From NCBI GenBank assembly GCA_965218325.1, contig CBDCKR010000002.1, positions 2,339,869 through 2,403,868 of the forward strand: a stretch of 64,000 nucleotides of DNA, read 5' to 3'. This DNA is from Longimicrobiales bacterium. GTDB lineage: Bacteria > Gemmatimonadota > Gemmatimonadetes > Longimicrobiales > Gaopeijiaceae. Shown piece after piece: positions 53,903 through 64,000 of the stretch (position 1 is its first letter; every line of letters starts with the position of its first letter). The translations under genes and the position numbers were made by a program. The notes beneath the pieces are model-generated. The model saw nothing but the letters and a program-made list of their open reading frames with translations. It did no database searches and had not been told where the DNA came from.

Positions 53903-54675
53903 CTTCAGGGGTGCAACCGGCTCCGCATGCAACTCCGCCGATTCCTATACTTGTGCTGAAGTTCGGATCTTCGGTGCTATCGGAACCCAGCGGCTTTCGT
54001 ACAGCGGCCCGAGAGATCCGCGCCGAGACCGAGCGGGGCATGCGGGTCGTGGCCGTGGTGTCCGCGATGGGCAACGCGACCAACAGGTTGCTCGCCGCAG
54101 CACAAGCCGTGACGCCGGCCCCCCCGGATGCTCTCGTCGGCCCACTATTGGCGACTGGCGAGGATGCTTCCGTCGCCCTCCTCCTAATCGCCCTGTTTGG
54201 GGCCGGCGTCGACGCAGAGGGAGCGACGGCGTCGCGGATTCCGGTGCGAACGAAAGGCTGCCTTCTGGATGCCGATCCTGTAGAGGTGGATGTCGAGGCA
54301 CTTGTCGAAGTGCTGCGCCGACGACAGGTGTTGGTCGTCCCCGGCTTTGTGGGCGTGGATATGGCTACGGGTGCTCCGTCGCTGCTGGGGAGGGGCGGTT
54401 CGGATCTGACGGCACTGTTTCTGGGGCAGGCGCTGCGAGCCGTCTCCGTGCGGCTGCTGAAGGACGTTGACGGGATCTTTCCGGCAGACCCCAAGCGGGT
54501 GAAGGGTCTCTCCGCCTTCACCCGTGCCAACTGGGAGGCCGCCCGCCGATTTGGTGGCGGCGTGGTGCAGGAGAAGGCCCTCAACTTTGCGAGCCGTCAC
54601 GCCCTGGGATTTCGGGTCGGGGCGGTGGGTGGTGTGGGGACGCGGGTAGGCCCCGCAAACGGGGATGACTGCTAG
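53887..54675 (+). CDS. Aspartate kinase catalytic domain only (no ACT domains)
   Basis: ILVLKFGSSVL..VVAVVSAMGNATNRLL..VVPGFVG..LLGRGGSDLTA..LKDVDGIFPADP. The ORF is only 262 aa. Confidence 0.65.
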   Translation: MPASVTSGVQPAPHATPPIPILVLKFGSSVLSEPSGFRTAAREIRAETERGMRVVAVVSAMGNATNRLLAAAQAVTPAPPDALVGPLLATGEDASVALLLIALFGAGVDAEGATASRIPVRTKGCLLDADPVEVDVEALVEVLRRRQVLVVPGFVGVDMATGAPSLLGRGGSDLTALFLGQALRAVSVRLLKDVDGIFPADPKRVKGLSAFTRANWEAARRFGGGVVQEKALNFASRHALGFRVGAVGGVGTRVGPANGDDC

Positions 54676-55703
54676 TGGCCAGAATCCCCGTTGCTGTCCT
54701 CGGCTCCACCGGTATCGTTGGGCAGCGGCTGATTCGAATGCTGGCTTCCCACCCGATCTTCCGTCTGGCCGAAGTCACGGCGTCGAACCGCCGGACCGGA
54801 CAGCGCTACGGCATGGCGGCGTCATGGTGTATTGGCGGGGATCCGCCGAGGGATGCCAGGGCGCTTGTCCTCCTGGGTTCGCGGGATCGACTTCAGAGTC
54901 GCGTGGTGATGTCGGCGCTGCCTTCGACCGTCGCTGCCGAGGTCGAGGTGAGGCTGGCGGAAGCGGGACATGTAGTGTGCACCAATGCATCCGCGCACCG
55001 CATGCGCCGTGATGTGCCCCTGATCGTGCCCGAGGTGAACGCAGACGCCGCAGAGGGCGTGGTGCGTCAGCGCTGGTCGGAGCGGGGCGGTGCCCTGGTG
55101 GCGAACCCGAACTGCGTAGTGACGGGGCTGGCCGTGGCGCTCGCGCCCATTGAGCGAGCTTTCGGCATCCACTCTGCCACGGTCGTCACCCTGCAGGCGC
55201 TGTCCGGCGCTGGCCGGCGCGGTTTGGCCGCAATGGAAATGGCGGGCAATATCGTCCCCTGGATCAGGGGCGAGGAGGAGAAGATCGGCGACGAGCTCAA
55301 CAAGGTCCTTGGTACCCGCATTCACTCAGCCGTGACGGTGACGAGAGTACCCGTACCCGACGGACATACGGCCCATGTCTTCCTGAAGCTGCGGAACCCC
55401 GCCCCGGCCGCCGAAGTGGAGGGCGTCCTGCGGTCATTCAAGCGCCCGCCCGACCTCGATGGACTCCCGACCTTGCCGGCGCGGCCCCTGAGGGTGCGTG
55501 ATGAGCCGGACCGACCCCAGCCCAGGCTTGATGCGGACGCCGGGCGGGGGATGGCGGTGAGCGTGGGCCGGATCCGGACGTTCCCGCCCTACGATGCGGG
55601 GATGGTGGTCCTTTCGCACAACGCCATCCGTGGGGCTGCCGGGGCTTGCCTGGCCAACGCAGAGCTATGTGTCGCCCGGGGGCTCGTGGCTCATTGCCAG
55701 TAG
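54675..55703 (+). CDS. asd: Aspartate-semialdehyde dehydrogenase
   Basis: IPVAVLGSTGIVGQRL..NPNCVVTGLAVALAPI..LQALSGAG..SHNAIRGAAG. Confidence 0.85.
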   Translation: MARIPVAVLGSTGIVGQRLIRMLASHPIFRLAEVTASNRRTGQRYGMAASWCIGGDPPRDARALVLLGSRDRLQSRVVMSALPSTVAAEVEVRLAEAGHVVCTNASAHRMRRDVPLIVPEVNADAAEGVVRQRWSERGGALVANPNCVVTGLAVALAPIERAFGIHSATVVTLQALSGAGRRGLAAMEMAGNIVPWIRGEEEKIGDELNKVLGTRIHSAVTVTRVPVPDGHTAHVFLKLRNPAPAAEVEGVLRSFKRPPDLDGLPTLPARPLRVRDEPDRPQPRLDADAGRGMAVSVGRIRTFPPYDAGMVVLSHNAIRGAAGACLANAELCVARGLVAHCQ

Positions 55704-55847
55704 GTGGCCAGGAGCACGGGTATGAAGAAGCTCGACGCCCCTTCCTTGCGCCTCCCGGGGCGCGTGTAGGAAATTGATCCGGGCTGATACGCCCCTTTAG
55801 CGCGTCCCAAACAATCCACTGAGTTGGGGTCGACAACCCGCCATGCC

Positions 55848-56788
55848 ATGACCGCCCTCAACCTCGCGATTCTCGGCACCGGGCGCATCGCCGACCAGGC
55901 ACTGGCCCCGGCCCTTACTCTGGCGAGTGGCTTGAGACTCTGGAGCGTGCTGAGCCGCGACGCCGGCCGGGCAACCGAGTTCGCACGCAGACACCAAGCT
56001 GCCGCGTCCCATCCAGCCTACGAGAGTCTCGATGCTCTACTGGCCGATCCGGAGCTCGACGGCGTTGTGATCGCCACGCCCGACGGCTTACACGCTGATC
56101 AAGCGCTCTCCGCGATACGGTCCGGCAAGCACGTTCTGGTCGAAAAGCCGATGGCAACCTCCTCGGCCGATGCCCTTGAGATGGTCTCTGCCGCACGAGA
56201 GGCGGATGTCAGGCTAGGGGTTGCTTACCATCTGCGCTGGCACGGTGGCCACAGAGCGATCCGGGATCTGGTGGGTGAGGGCGCGTTGGGGGAGCTCCGT
56301 CACGTCCGCCTCAGTGGACGTGGCCCGCCCCGGACGACTCGAATTGGAGGGCTCACCCCGAGGTCGGACGCTGGTGGAGCCTGGCTGGCGTGGGGACCCA
56401 CTGTCTTGACCTGATCCGATGGCTGATGGTGCCCTTGTGCGGCGAGGTGACTGAAATCCACGGTGTGATAAGCCGGTCGGTCTGGGAGGGACCGCATGAC
56501 GAGACTGCGATCGTCACCCTGAAGCTCGCGTCGGGGGCCACGGCCGAGTTCTTGTCGTCGGTGCAGTTCGAATCGCCCAGTCGCGTGGAGGTTTATGGCG
56601 TGCGGGGTCATGTGATCGACACCGACACGATGGGCCCTCATGGCACCGGGAGCATCTTGACTCACGAGGGCGAACTCGAGGACTTCGCCGCCGCCATTCG
56701 CGGCGGCCGCGCTCCCGAAGTGGATGGCGTGGAGGGACTTCGGAACGTCGAGCTCTTGGAGAGGGTCGCAGGAGCCAGCGAGGGCTAG
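55848..56788 (+). CDS. Gfo/Idh/MocA-family oxidoreductase with a frameshift at ~56310
   Basis: MTALNLAILGTGRIAD..HVLVEKPMA..LRHVRL, then frame +1 QWTWPAPDDSNWR..GVGTHCLDLIRWL.. Confidence 0.75.
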
Positions 56789-57262
56789 CCAGCATCAACG
56801 AGGCCCTCCCCTCAAGTGCCTCGCCAGCTATCCGGCAACGGCCAGGACAAGGCGGCCGCGGCCGCCCGGCTCGCGTACTTACTCACAGCTATGACCCCAG
56901 CGCGCCTTCCTTCTTGTGGACCGCCACCACAGACTCCATCCTCCAAGAGATTTGGAGTTGCCCCGGCGGTCTCAAGCGGTGAACGCAACAGCCTTGGCGA
57001 AGACTTCTGTCGTTATGTCACCACCGGAGTAGGCGGGTCCCTGGCTTGGATTCGCGCTGCACCGGGCGCGACGGAGAGGCTACGGGTATGGGTTCGCGGG
57101 CCAAGCCCCGCGGGCATGCCGCCTGGAGCCTGGGCCGGATTCGGGCTGACGGCGGGTTTGCGGACCCTCAAGGAGACGCTCCCCACCAAGGAGGGCCCGT
57201 GGGGTGCGTGAAGAAATGCCGCTGGCCCTTGATCTTCAGGGCACCACCCACTTAGGCGTCCC

Positions 57263-57757
57263 TTGAGGTCTCTCTACTACCTGAGCGTCTGGATTCACGT
57301 CCTCGCCGCCCTCTTCTGGCTCGGTGGAATGTGGTTCCTTGCACTCGTAGGAGCTCCGGTCCTCCGCCGGATAGAGTCTGCCGAGCTTCGAAGAGACATC
57401 TTCCGGATGTTGGGGGAGCACTTCCGAAGGCTCGGGTGGGTGGCGATCGGCGTTCTCGTGGCGACGGGCGTCTTGAACCTCTCCATGAGAGGGCTCTTGG
57501 ACGTAGAGATCCTGGCGTCCGGCGCCTTCTGGCGGAGTCGGCTCGGTCAGGCCCTAGGTTGGAAGCTGGCGGGTGTGGCGGCGATGATCGTTGCGGGCGT
57601 CGTTCATGATTTCTACATCGGCCCCGCGGCCTCCCGCCTCGAGCCGGGGTCGCCGGCTCAGGTCAGGGCGCGGAGGAGGGCGGCCTGGCTCGCTCGAGCC
57701 AACGCCGTGCTCGGAATCGGCGTGGTCTACGCCGCCGTCATCCTCACTCGGGGCTAA
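57263..57757 (+). CDS. CopD-like / DUF-type four-helix membrane protein
   Basis: ..LSVWIHVLAALFWLGGMWFLALVG.. Four hydrophobic helices. Confidence 0.4.
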   Translation: MRSLYYLSVWIHVLAALFWLGGMWFLALVGAPVLRRIESAELRRDIFRMLGEHFRRLGWVAIGVLVATGVLNLSMRGLLDVEILASGAFWRSRLGQALGWKLAGVAAMIVAGVVHDFYIGPAASRLEPGSPAQVRARRRAAWLARANAVLGIGVVYAAVILTRG

Positions 57758-57936
57758 GGCCCCTACCCCGCTCCGGTCCCTCGGGGGGTCGGCTTGCGGA
57801 CACGAAGTCGGAGCGCACTGATTCGAGCCTGGATGGTCTTGCATTGGAACGTGCTCCATGGCACCCAGGGCTCGCGCCGTGCGGTGATCAGAGGCCTTCC
57901 AGCCTATCGGGCCGCCCGCAGAAGTGAGAGGAGAGC

Positions 57937-58707
57937 GTGTTCCAATATCTTTCACCGCACTACGACGGAGATCCATTCCGACTATTCGGCACGTCGCACC
58001 TCCTCACGATCGGTGTCATCGTCACCGCCGCCGTTGTGCTTATCCGCTTCGCCCGAGCCGGAGGCGCGGGACGGAGAAGACGCCTCAGGCTCGCTCTTGC
58101 CCTTTCGCTCCTGCTGAATGAGCTCGTCTGGCATCTCTGGAATCTGAGTGCGGGTTGGTGGACCGTCGAGCGGATGCTCCCGCTCCACATGTGCAGCGCC
58201 ATGGTGTGGATCACCGTAGCGGCGCTCCTCCCCGAGAAGCGCGTGATGTATCCCCTGCTCTACTTCTTCGGCACTGCGGGCGCCGCTCAAGCGCTGATTA
58301 CCCCCGATGTGGGAGACTTCGGTTTTCCTCACTATCGCTTCTTTCAAACCATGCTTTCTCACGGCTTGCTTGTGACGGCGGGACTCTGGGTTGTGACGGT
58401 TGAGGGCTGGCGGCCGACGCTCCGATCGCTGGGCGCCGTCCTGCTTGGGCTGAACGCTTACGCCCTCGTCATTCTGTGGGTCAACCTGCGCATCGGGAGC
58501 AACTACCTCTTCGTGGCCGGGAAGCCCGAGAGCGCTTCCTTGATGGACTTCTTTCCGGAGTGGCCCTGGTATTTGTTGCTTCTGGAGGGCCTGGTCCTCG
58601 TCATCTGCACGGCGATGTACCTCCCCTTTCGCGGTCGCCCCAGCCGCAAGCCGACCGCGTCGTTTCCGAGCGAAGCTTCCGAACGAGGCGTTCGTGAACA
58701 ACGCTGA
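57937..58707 (+). CDS. YwaF/TIGR02206-like integral membrane protein
   Basis: ..FRLFGTSHLL..LPLHMCSAMVW..FPHYRFFQTMLSHGLLV.. Confidence 0.55.
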   Translation: MFQYLSPHYDGDPFRLFGTSHLLTIGVIVTAAVVLIRFARAGGAGRRRRLRLALALSLLLNELVWHLWNLSAGWWTVERMLPLHMCSAMVWITVAALLPEKRVMYPLLYFFGTAGAAQALITPDVGDFGFPHYRFFQTMLSHGLLVTAGLWVVTVEGWRPTLRSLGAVLLGLNAYALVILWVNLRIGSNYLFVAGKPESASLMDFFPEWPWYLLLLEGLVLVICTAMYLPFRGRPSRKPTASFPSEASERGVREQR

Positions 58708-58869
58708 GGCGGCGTCCGAGATGGCTGCTCCAACCGTGTAAGCGACGGTCGAGTGCCGCCACGGCTTGATCCCTCGCCCGACCGCCTCACGCCGTCCCCT
58801 GAGGTGCCGAACGCGCTTCTTGCACTCCGCCGCCGGAACCGACCGGAGTCCCGCCAGCCAGGTCGAGCC

Positions 58870-60051
58870 CTAACCGTGCAGCTCGGCTGGCGCCCGTTCC
58901 GCGACGTCCGCGAAGCGGGACCGTCGGAAGGGGTGGAGGGGCAGAGATGGCTCCTGCCCCATCGTAAGCTCGCATGCGAGTTGCCCGGTAATGGGCCCCA
59001 GGCAGAAGCCGTGTCCTGAGAATCCGGCGGCGATGACGAGCCCCTCGACCTCCGAGGATCGCTCGATGACCGGCAGGCCGTCGGGGGTCATGGCGAGGAG
59101 CCCACCCCACACGGCCGCAACGCGCGCTTCCGCGAGCGGCGGGAGAACCGCGACTCCGCGTTCGATGGCTTCTGCCACCATCTGCGCCGGCGGCAGCACG
59201 TGCTCCGGCCGCAGTTGGCCCCTCACCCCGTCCTCGTCACCAGCGGAGGGCCACGCCCAGGGCCCGATCCGAGAGGTCATCCGTATCCGCCCTCCCACTT
59301 CCTGGCGGCCTGCGAAGTCTGCGTTGGCCACGCCGATCACCTGCCGGATCAGCGGAGCGAGCGGCACGGTCTGCACCACAGAGACGTGGGTCACGGACAA
59401 CGCTAGCTCCAGCCCGGCCGCCTCGCAGAGGCCATCGGAGTGCACGCCGGCGGCAATGACGACGGCATCGGCAGCGATGGGGCCAGCAGTGGTCCGCACG
59501 CCACTGACGCGCCCGCCTGTCACGTCAATGCCTGTGACAGCGGTGTCGGTGCGGATGGTCGCCCCATGCCGCGTTGCGGAGGCTGCGTAGCCCTGGACGG
59601 TTGCGATCGGGTTGGCGTGGCCATCGGTCGGGCAATACGCGGCGGCCAGCACGTTCTCCGAGAGCGCCGGCGCCACCTCCCGCACGGACTCGGTACCTTC
59701 GAGGCACCCGAGTTCCAGCCCATGCGCCCGCTGCTCCTCCACAAGGGCACGAATGATGGTCACTTCCTCGGGCGTGCGGGCCAGACGCAGATTGCCCCCC
59801 TGGCGGTACTCGACGTCTGTCGCCAGCTCCTCTGTCAACCCTTCCCATCGACGAACGGCGGCCTTGGCGAGGGGGAGCTCCGCCGGATGCCGCCCCGACT
59901 GACGAACTCCGGCGAGCGTCCATCCGGAAGCCATGCTGGCGAGGGCGCCCTTCTCGATCAGCGTGACGGACACGTCACGGCGGGCCAGCTCGTACGCCGC
60001 TGCCGTGCCGCTGATGCCACCCCCGATGACGACCACGTCCTGGACGTTCAC
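58870..60051 (-). CDS. FAD-dependent oxidoreductase (DAO / glycine-sarcosine oxidase family)
   Basis: MNVQDVVVIGGGISGTAAAYELARRDVSVTLIEKG.. Confidence 0.8.
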   Translation of the reverse strand: MNVQDVVVIGGGISGTAAAYELARRDVSVTLIEKGALASMASGWTLAGVRQSGRHPAELPLAKAAVRRWEGLTEELATDVEYRQGGNLRLARTPEEVTIIRALVEEQRAHGLELGCLEGTESVREVAPALSENVLAAAYCPTDGHANPIATVQGYAASATRHGATIRTDTAVTGIDVTGGRVSGVRTTAGPIAADAVVIAAGVHSDGLCEAAGLELALSVTHVSVVQTVPLAPLIRQVIGVANADFAGRQEVGGRIRMTSRIGPWAWPSAGDEDGVRGQLRPEHVLPPAQMVAEAIERGVAVLPPLAEARVAAVWGGLLAMTPDGLPVIERSSEVEGLVIAAGFSGHGFCLGPITGQLACELTMGQEPSLPLHPFRRSRFADVAERAPAELHG

Positions 60052-60417
60052 AGCCGTCTAGCGCGTTTCACCCGTGGCCTCCCGCTCACCCAGAGGACTC
60101 GGGCAGCGGCCGCATCGGGCCGCGTTCGGGAAGCTCGAGATCGACGCCGCCGGGCGCGGCGAAGCGGACGTGGATGGCTCGGTCGAGATCCTCGCGAGAC
60201 AGCTGCCTCGCTGACCGTGCCCCCGCAGCGTCCCCTCGGATATCCCCGGTACCCGGCAATGACCTCGTTACGGAATTGTCTCCGGCGTGCCCGAGGGACG
60301 CGGAGGTCGGCTCGAGGGAATTGCAAACGGGCCCCGATCCTGGCGTCGGCTTCTCCCGGGCGGGGCGGGACCCACTGCGGGACCCACTGCGGGACCCACT
60401 GCCCGCCCCCAGGGCCG

Positions 60418-62163
60418 TCACGCCTCGTACATCGTGCGCCCTCCCACGACCGTGCGCACGACCTGGATCTCCTTGATCCGTGCAGGATCCGCGTCGTGAG
60501 GATCTTCGGCCAAGATCACGAAGTCCGCGAGCTTGCCCGGGGTGATCGAGCCCTTGAGATCCTCCTCGAAGGAGGCGTACGCTCCGTTCCGGGTGCAGAT
60601 TCGGAGCGCCTCCGCCACGGTGATCCGCTGGTTCGGACCCCACACCCTTCCCCTCGTGTCCGTACGGGTCACCATGCTTTGGATGGCCATCAGCGGCTCG
60701 AACGGACCGGGCACGTAGTCTGACGCCGGGGCCACAGGAATGTCGTGGTCGAGGAAGGAACGGTGGGCGAACATCCGGGTGAGCTTGTCCTCTCCGTACT
60801 CCAGCCACTTGTTGCCGTGATAGTGGACGTACGTATAGAAGGGCGCGGGAATCGCTCCCACTGCACGGATCCGGCGGAGAAGGCTCTCGTTGACCAAGGT
60901 GCAGTGCTCGAGGCGGTGCCTGGGATCGGGCCGCGGAAACTCCTCCTGGACCCGCTCATACGCGTTCAGGACCATGTCGATGGCCACGTCGCCGTTCGCA
61001 TGGATACCTACCTGCCACCCTTGGCGGTGGCCTTCCTCGACGACCTCGAAGATCTCGTCCTGTTCCATGGTGAGAATCCCGTAGTCGTCGGGCCGTCCGA
61101 CGTAGGGTGTGCTCATCGACATTGTCCGCCCCGAAGCCGAGCCGTCGGCCGTGTACTTTACGGCCCCGACGCTGAGCCACTCGTCTCCCAGCCCGGTTCG
61201 GACGCCCGCATCCTTGAGTGGCCCATACGCGTTGCCGTAGCCGCTCGGGAAGAAGTACATCCGATACCGCATCACACCCGCCTGATAGGCGTCCTGGAGG
61301 GCTACGAGATCGTTCCGGCTCCCGCCGGTCCAGTGCACGGACGTGAGGCCCGCCGCTGTCATCATGCCGGACATGTGCGCGATCCCGTCCCGTCGGTTCT
61401 CGCGCGTGATCTCGGGCTCTTCTCCCACGCCGCTGAAGGCCTCCTGCGCCTCCTCCTCGACGAGTCCCGTGAGCTCTCCGTTGACGTCCCGCTCAAAGCG
61501 GCCCCCCGGAGGGTCCTCGACGTCAGCCGTCACCCCCGCCATCTCGATCGCCTTGCTGTTGTACCAGGCGATGTGCCCACCGCGGTGAGACACGCGAACG
61601 GGGTGGTCGACGGCGGCTTCGTCCAGGTCCCAGCGATGAATCCTTCGATAGGCGCCGCCGTCAGGGTCCACCACCTTGGTATCGTCATACTTGAAGGCGT
61701 CAATCCACTGGCCGAGCGGTGTCTCTTGCGCCCTTTCCCTGATCAGGCGCTGGATGTCGGCAATGGTCTCCACCCGGCCCAGGTCGACATGCAAGAGCTC
61801 GAGGACGCCGCCGGGATGGCAGTGGGCGTCGATGAAGCCCGGGGTCACGGTCATCTCCGCGGCATCGATCACCTCGGTGCCGGGCCCCGCCATGGCGCGC
61901 ACGTCGTCGCTCGAGCCGACCGCAATGAAGCGGCCGTGCTTGACCGCGAAGGCTTCTGTTCGAGGACGCTCGTCGTCGATCGTGTGGACCCGCCCGTTCA
62001 CCAGGATGAGGTCGGGCGCTCCCTGGGGGGCGGCCTGCTGCCCCGGGGGGTTTCCGGTAGCTGCGGACGGATCCTTCTTCGACCCTGGCTCGCCCGTGCC
62101 GGCGGCTCCCAGCAGGAAAGCTCCGCCGACTCCCAGAAACTCACCTCGCGTGTAGTCCGTCAT
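60418..62163 (-). CDS. Amidohydrolase-3 family (YtcJ-like) exported metallohydrolase
   Basis: N-terminal signal-like FLGVGGAFLLGAAG. ..GFIDAHCH..IHANGD..SD.. Confidence 0.8.
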   Translation of the reverse strand: MTDYTRGEFLGVGGAFLLGAAGTGEPGSKKDPSAATGNPPGQQAAPQGAPDLILVNGRVHTIDDERPRTEAFAVKHGRFIAVGSSDDVRAMAGPGTEVIDAAEMTVTPGFIDAHCHPGGVLELLHVDLGRVETIADIQRLIRERAQETPLGQWIDAFKYDDTKVVDPDGGAYRRIHRWDLDEAAVDHPVRVSHRGGHIAWYNSKAIEMAGVTADVEDPPGGRFERDVNGELTGLVEEEAQEAFSGVGEEPEITRENRRDGIAHMSGMMTAAGLTSVHWTGGSRNDLVALQDAYQAGVMRYRMYFFPSGYGNAYGPLKDAGVRTGLGDEWLSVGAVKYTADGSASGRTMSMSTPYVGRPDDYGILTMEQDEIFEVVEEGHRQGWQVGIHANGDVAIDMVLNAYERVQEEFPRPDPRHRLEHCTLVNESLLRRIRAVGAIPAPFYTYVHYHGNKWLEYGEDKLTRMFAHRSFLDHDIPVAPASDYVPGPFEPLMAIQSMVTRTDTRGRVWGPNQRITVAEALRICTRNGAYASFEEDLKGSITPGKLADFVILAEDPHDADPARIKEIQVVRTVVGGRTMYEA

Positions 62164-62397
62164 GATTCTGCTCCCGAGATGAAGATGCAGCGCCCCACCG
62201 CTGGCAGCCGTCGAGTGGGTGCGGGGCGACCGGTCAAGCTACGAATCGGGGGACACCGAGGGTAGGGTCGGCTCGGGGGGGTAGCGTCCTAACTCGGCCG
62301 GCACCCGCCCCTGTCCGCGGGGGACGACGGACCCCTGGAGATGAGCCGCGTCGCGGCCTTCTCGTCGGGGCTCTCTCCCGAGCGTCGTCAGGCGTCG

Positions 62398-62772
62398 TCA
62401 GGGAACGATCGTCACGGTCACGGCGGTCATGGTCGTACCCCGTTGGGCATCCACGGCAGAGGCACTCGCCGTGTACGTTCCTGGAGCGGCGTACGCGTGC
62501 GTGGGAGACCCGCTGGACTCGCTGGCTCCGAACGCCTCCACCGAATCTCCCGCGCCGTCCCCATAGTCCAGGACCACTCTCGTGAGGGACGCTCCAGTGG
62601 CCCTGAATTCGAAGACCACGTCCATCCCCACCCCGGTCCTCGGCGGCGTAGCGGTGAGCGAGATCGACACCCCCGGCTGGAACGGATCGTCGGTAGTGCA
62701 GGCCACGGCGAGCAGGGCGCAAAGCAGGAGTGCGACCAGAGGCGCTCGGCGGCACCGGAAGGCGCAGCTCAT
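62398..62772 (-). CDS. PKD-domain lipoprotein
   Basis: Lipobox LLAVAC. ..DYGDGAGD..HAYAAPGTYTASASAVD.. Confidence 0.65.
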   Translation of the reverse strand: MSCAFRCRRAPLVALLLCALLAVACTTDDPFQPGVSISLTATPPRTGVGMDVVFEFRATGASLTRVVLDYGDGAGDSVEAFGASESSGSPTHAYAAPGTYTASASAVDAQRGTTMTAVTVTIVP

Positions 62773-63399
62773 CGGTCGGCACCCGCCCTAGCTGCACGGC
62801 AAGCGTCGAGGAATGAGGCCACCTGGATCGACGCCCCCTCCCTGTCGCCGGGTGACGCGCGTGGGGGCCCGGCCAGCAGCAGGAGGGGAGTGGCTTGCAC
62901 CGACCCTCGGACGCCCGGCATCCGAGCACAGGCTCGTGGCGAGGTTTCCATCATGAGCCGGCTCCTCATGGCCTCTCGCACCCCATCCGTGGGGTTCGTG
63001 GCGGCGGAGGGGTCCCCGGTCTCGGGGCCGCTCTCCGTCGCCATGCCGCTATCGGGCGTGCAGACGCAGCGGACACGAGCATCAGGCAGCGCATGCCGTC
63101 TACATACAGCACGGGACGCACTCCGGAAAGTCGTTCCCGACGGCCGACGAGGCATGGGTGAAGGATCGGGCGAGGTAGAAACGTCGCCTCATGAGGGAGC
63201 ATATCGCGGGAATGGGAATGAGTCCACCAGGGCGCCGTGGGAGACACTGAGGGGTTTGGTACGGGAGCGGGCGGGCCCGGGAGTTCATTCAACGCATCCT
63301 GAACGAGGAGGTTACCGATAGAGTGAACGCCTCCTTCGGACGGCGTCAGGATACGCCGTCGGAGCTGCTGGGGGTGAGAAGTCGGAACGAAAGCGGGCT

Positions 63400-63560
63400 G
63401 TGGACGCGGCTCCGGGCTATCGGACCGGATGCGGCAAGCTGCGGCGGCTGGTGATGCACTCGGGGACGATCGTGGCGAGGCGTCCGAGGGTTCGGGGTCT
63501 CGAGGAGCGGTTCGAGGGCCGAGTGCCGGTGTTGTTTGCGCGGAGGGCGCAACTCGAAGT
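63400..63560 (+). pseudogene. Mutator/IS256-family transposase internal remnant
   Basis: ..GYRTGCGKLRRLVMHSGTIVARRPRVRGLEERFEGRVPVLFARR.. resembles the GYRNG..G.I...PR.RG..F.S..LP.F.RR block. The downstream sequence is degraded. Confidence 0.35.
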
Positions 63561-63824
63561 CCCTCGGCCAAACCCTGTAGGTACAGCTCGCGGGCCGGCT
63601 TCAATCAACCACTTCGCCCGATCCCCATCGGTTCTGTCCGATGCATGCATGCTGCATCGGCCCGGATCTTGTGGTGACGACGCAGTCCTTGATTGGAGCG
63701 TGCCCCACGGCGTGCCGTGTCAGCCCATTGGCGACCGGAGAGTACTCCGTGGTCCTATACTCTACCACTTCATGGAGGAAGCCCGCCCTCCGTCACCGCG
63801 GCTTCCGGACCGGGAGCGACGCCC

Positions 63825-64000
63825 TAGCGTACGTCGGGTCTGATCCTACCCAGCCGAATGAGCAGCTCCTGATAGAGCTCATGGGCGGCGCGGACCCGGG
63901 GCTCGAGAAGCGGACGCTGCCGTTCCCATTGCTCGATCAAGAGCTCGCGCGTCTCCCAGGGCTCCAGGTCCTCGTCGGGGTCGACGGGATCTGAGAGGAA
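63825..64000 (-). CDS. 3' end of an unidentified gene entering from the right edge
   Basis: Open frame ..DPVDPDEDLEPWETRELLIEQWERQRPLLEPRVRAAHELYQELLIRLGRIRPDVR* ending at the TAG at 63825-63827. Confidence 0.3.

Noticed and set aside
60418-62163. Twin-arginine (Tat) signal on the 581-aa amidohydrolase
   Set aside because: The N-terminus has TRGEFL with a single Arg, not RR. It is only called signal-like.
1-64000. CRISPR array
   Set aside because: No regularly spaced short direct repeats were seen. The repeats present are dispersed (REP-like, hairpin, structured unit) or are coding tandem repeats (Big_2).

Overview
GC-rich (~65%) Gram-negative-type bacterial DNA (TonB-dependent receptor, beta-barrel OMP, Trb type IV secretion genes). 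The window has two parts.

Part 1, about 1-38.2 kb, is a mosaic of mobile DNA. It holds a decayed conjugative-element remnant (trbC-trbD-trbE'). trbE is split by a ~13 kb int/alpA integrative element with 9-bp direct repeats. That element, oddly, carries tRNA-Met, upp, a pseudouridine synthase gene and scpB. There is an intact IS630 and an IS3-family element with a frameshifted orfB, plus many transposase, integrase and type I R-M remnants. Three repeat families are present:
- a GC-rich REP-like unit;
- a ~65-100 bp hairpin unit that abuts truncated genes;
- a ~300 nt structured element that always follows a paralogous ~70-aa C-terminal coding fragment.

A defence-island-like block sits at 23.4-34.7 kb. 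It contains:
- a DEDDh exonuclease with TerB-like and BRCT domains;
- a translationally coupled SMC/ABC-type ATPase plus REC-like/APH-fold kinase pair that I cannot assign to a named system;
- a divergent STAS-like/wHTH gene;
- an AAA+ remnant;
- a multiubiquitin-Ubl / ThiF-E1 / DUF6527 operon;
- an HNH gene carrying an early stop codon.

Part 2, 38.2-64 kb, is mostly ordinary chromosome: sulfite dehydrogenase SorAB-like genes, a BCCT transporter, a LivK-like binding protein, metX-metB/Z-ask-asd, amidohydrolases and an FAD oxidoreductase. It is interrupted by a second, disrupted IS3-like element inserted into a decayed higBA module.

Many genes carry single frameshifts, so either assembly indels or real decay must be considered. 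All calls come from reading the translations and the sequence by eye. No searches were run.
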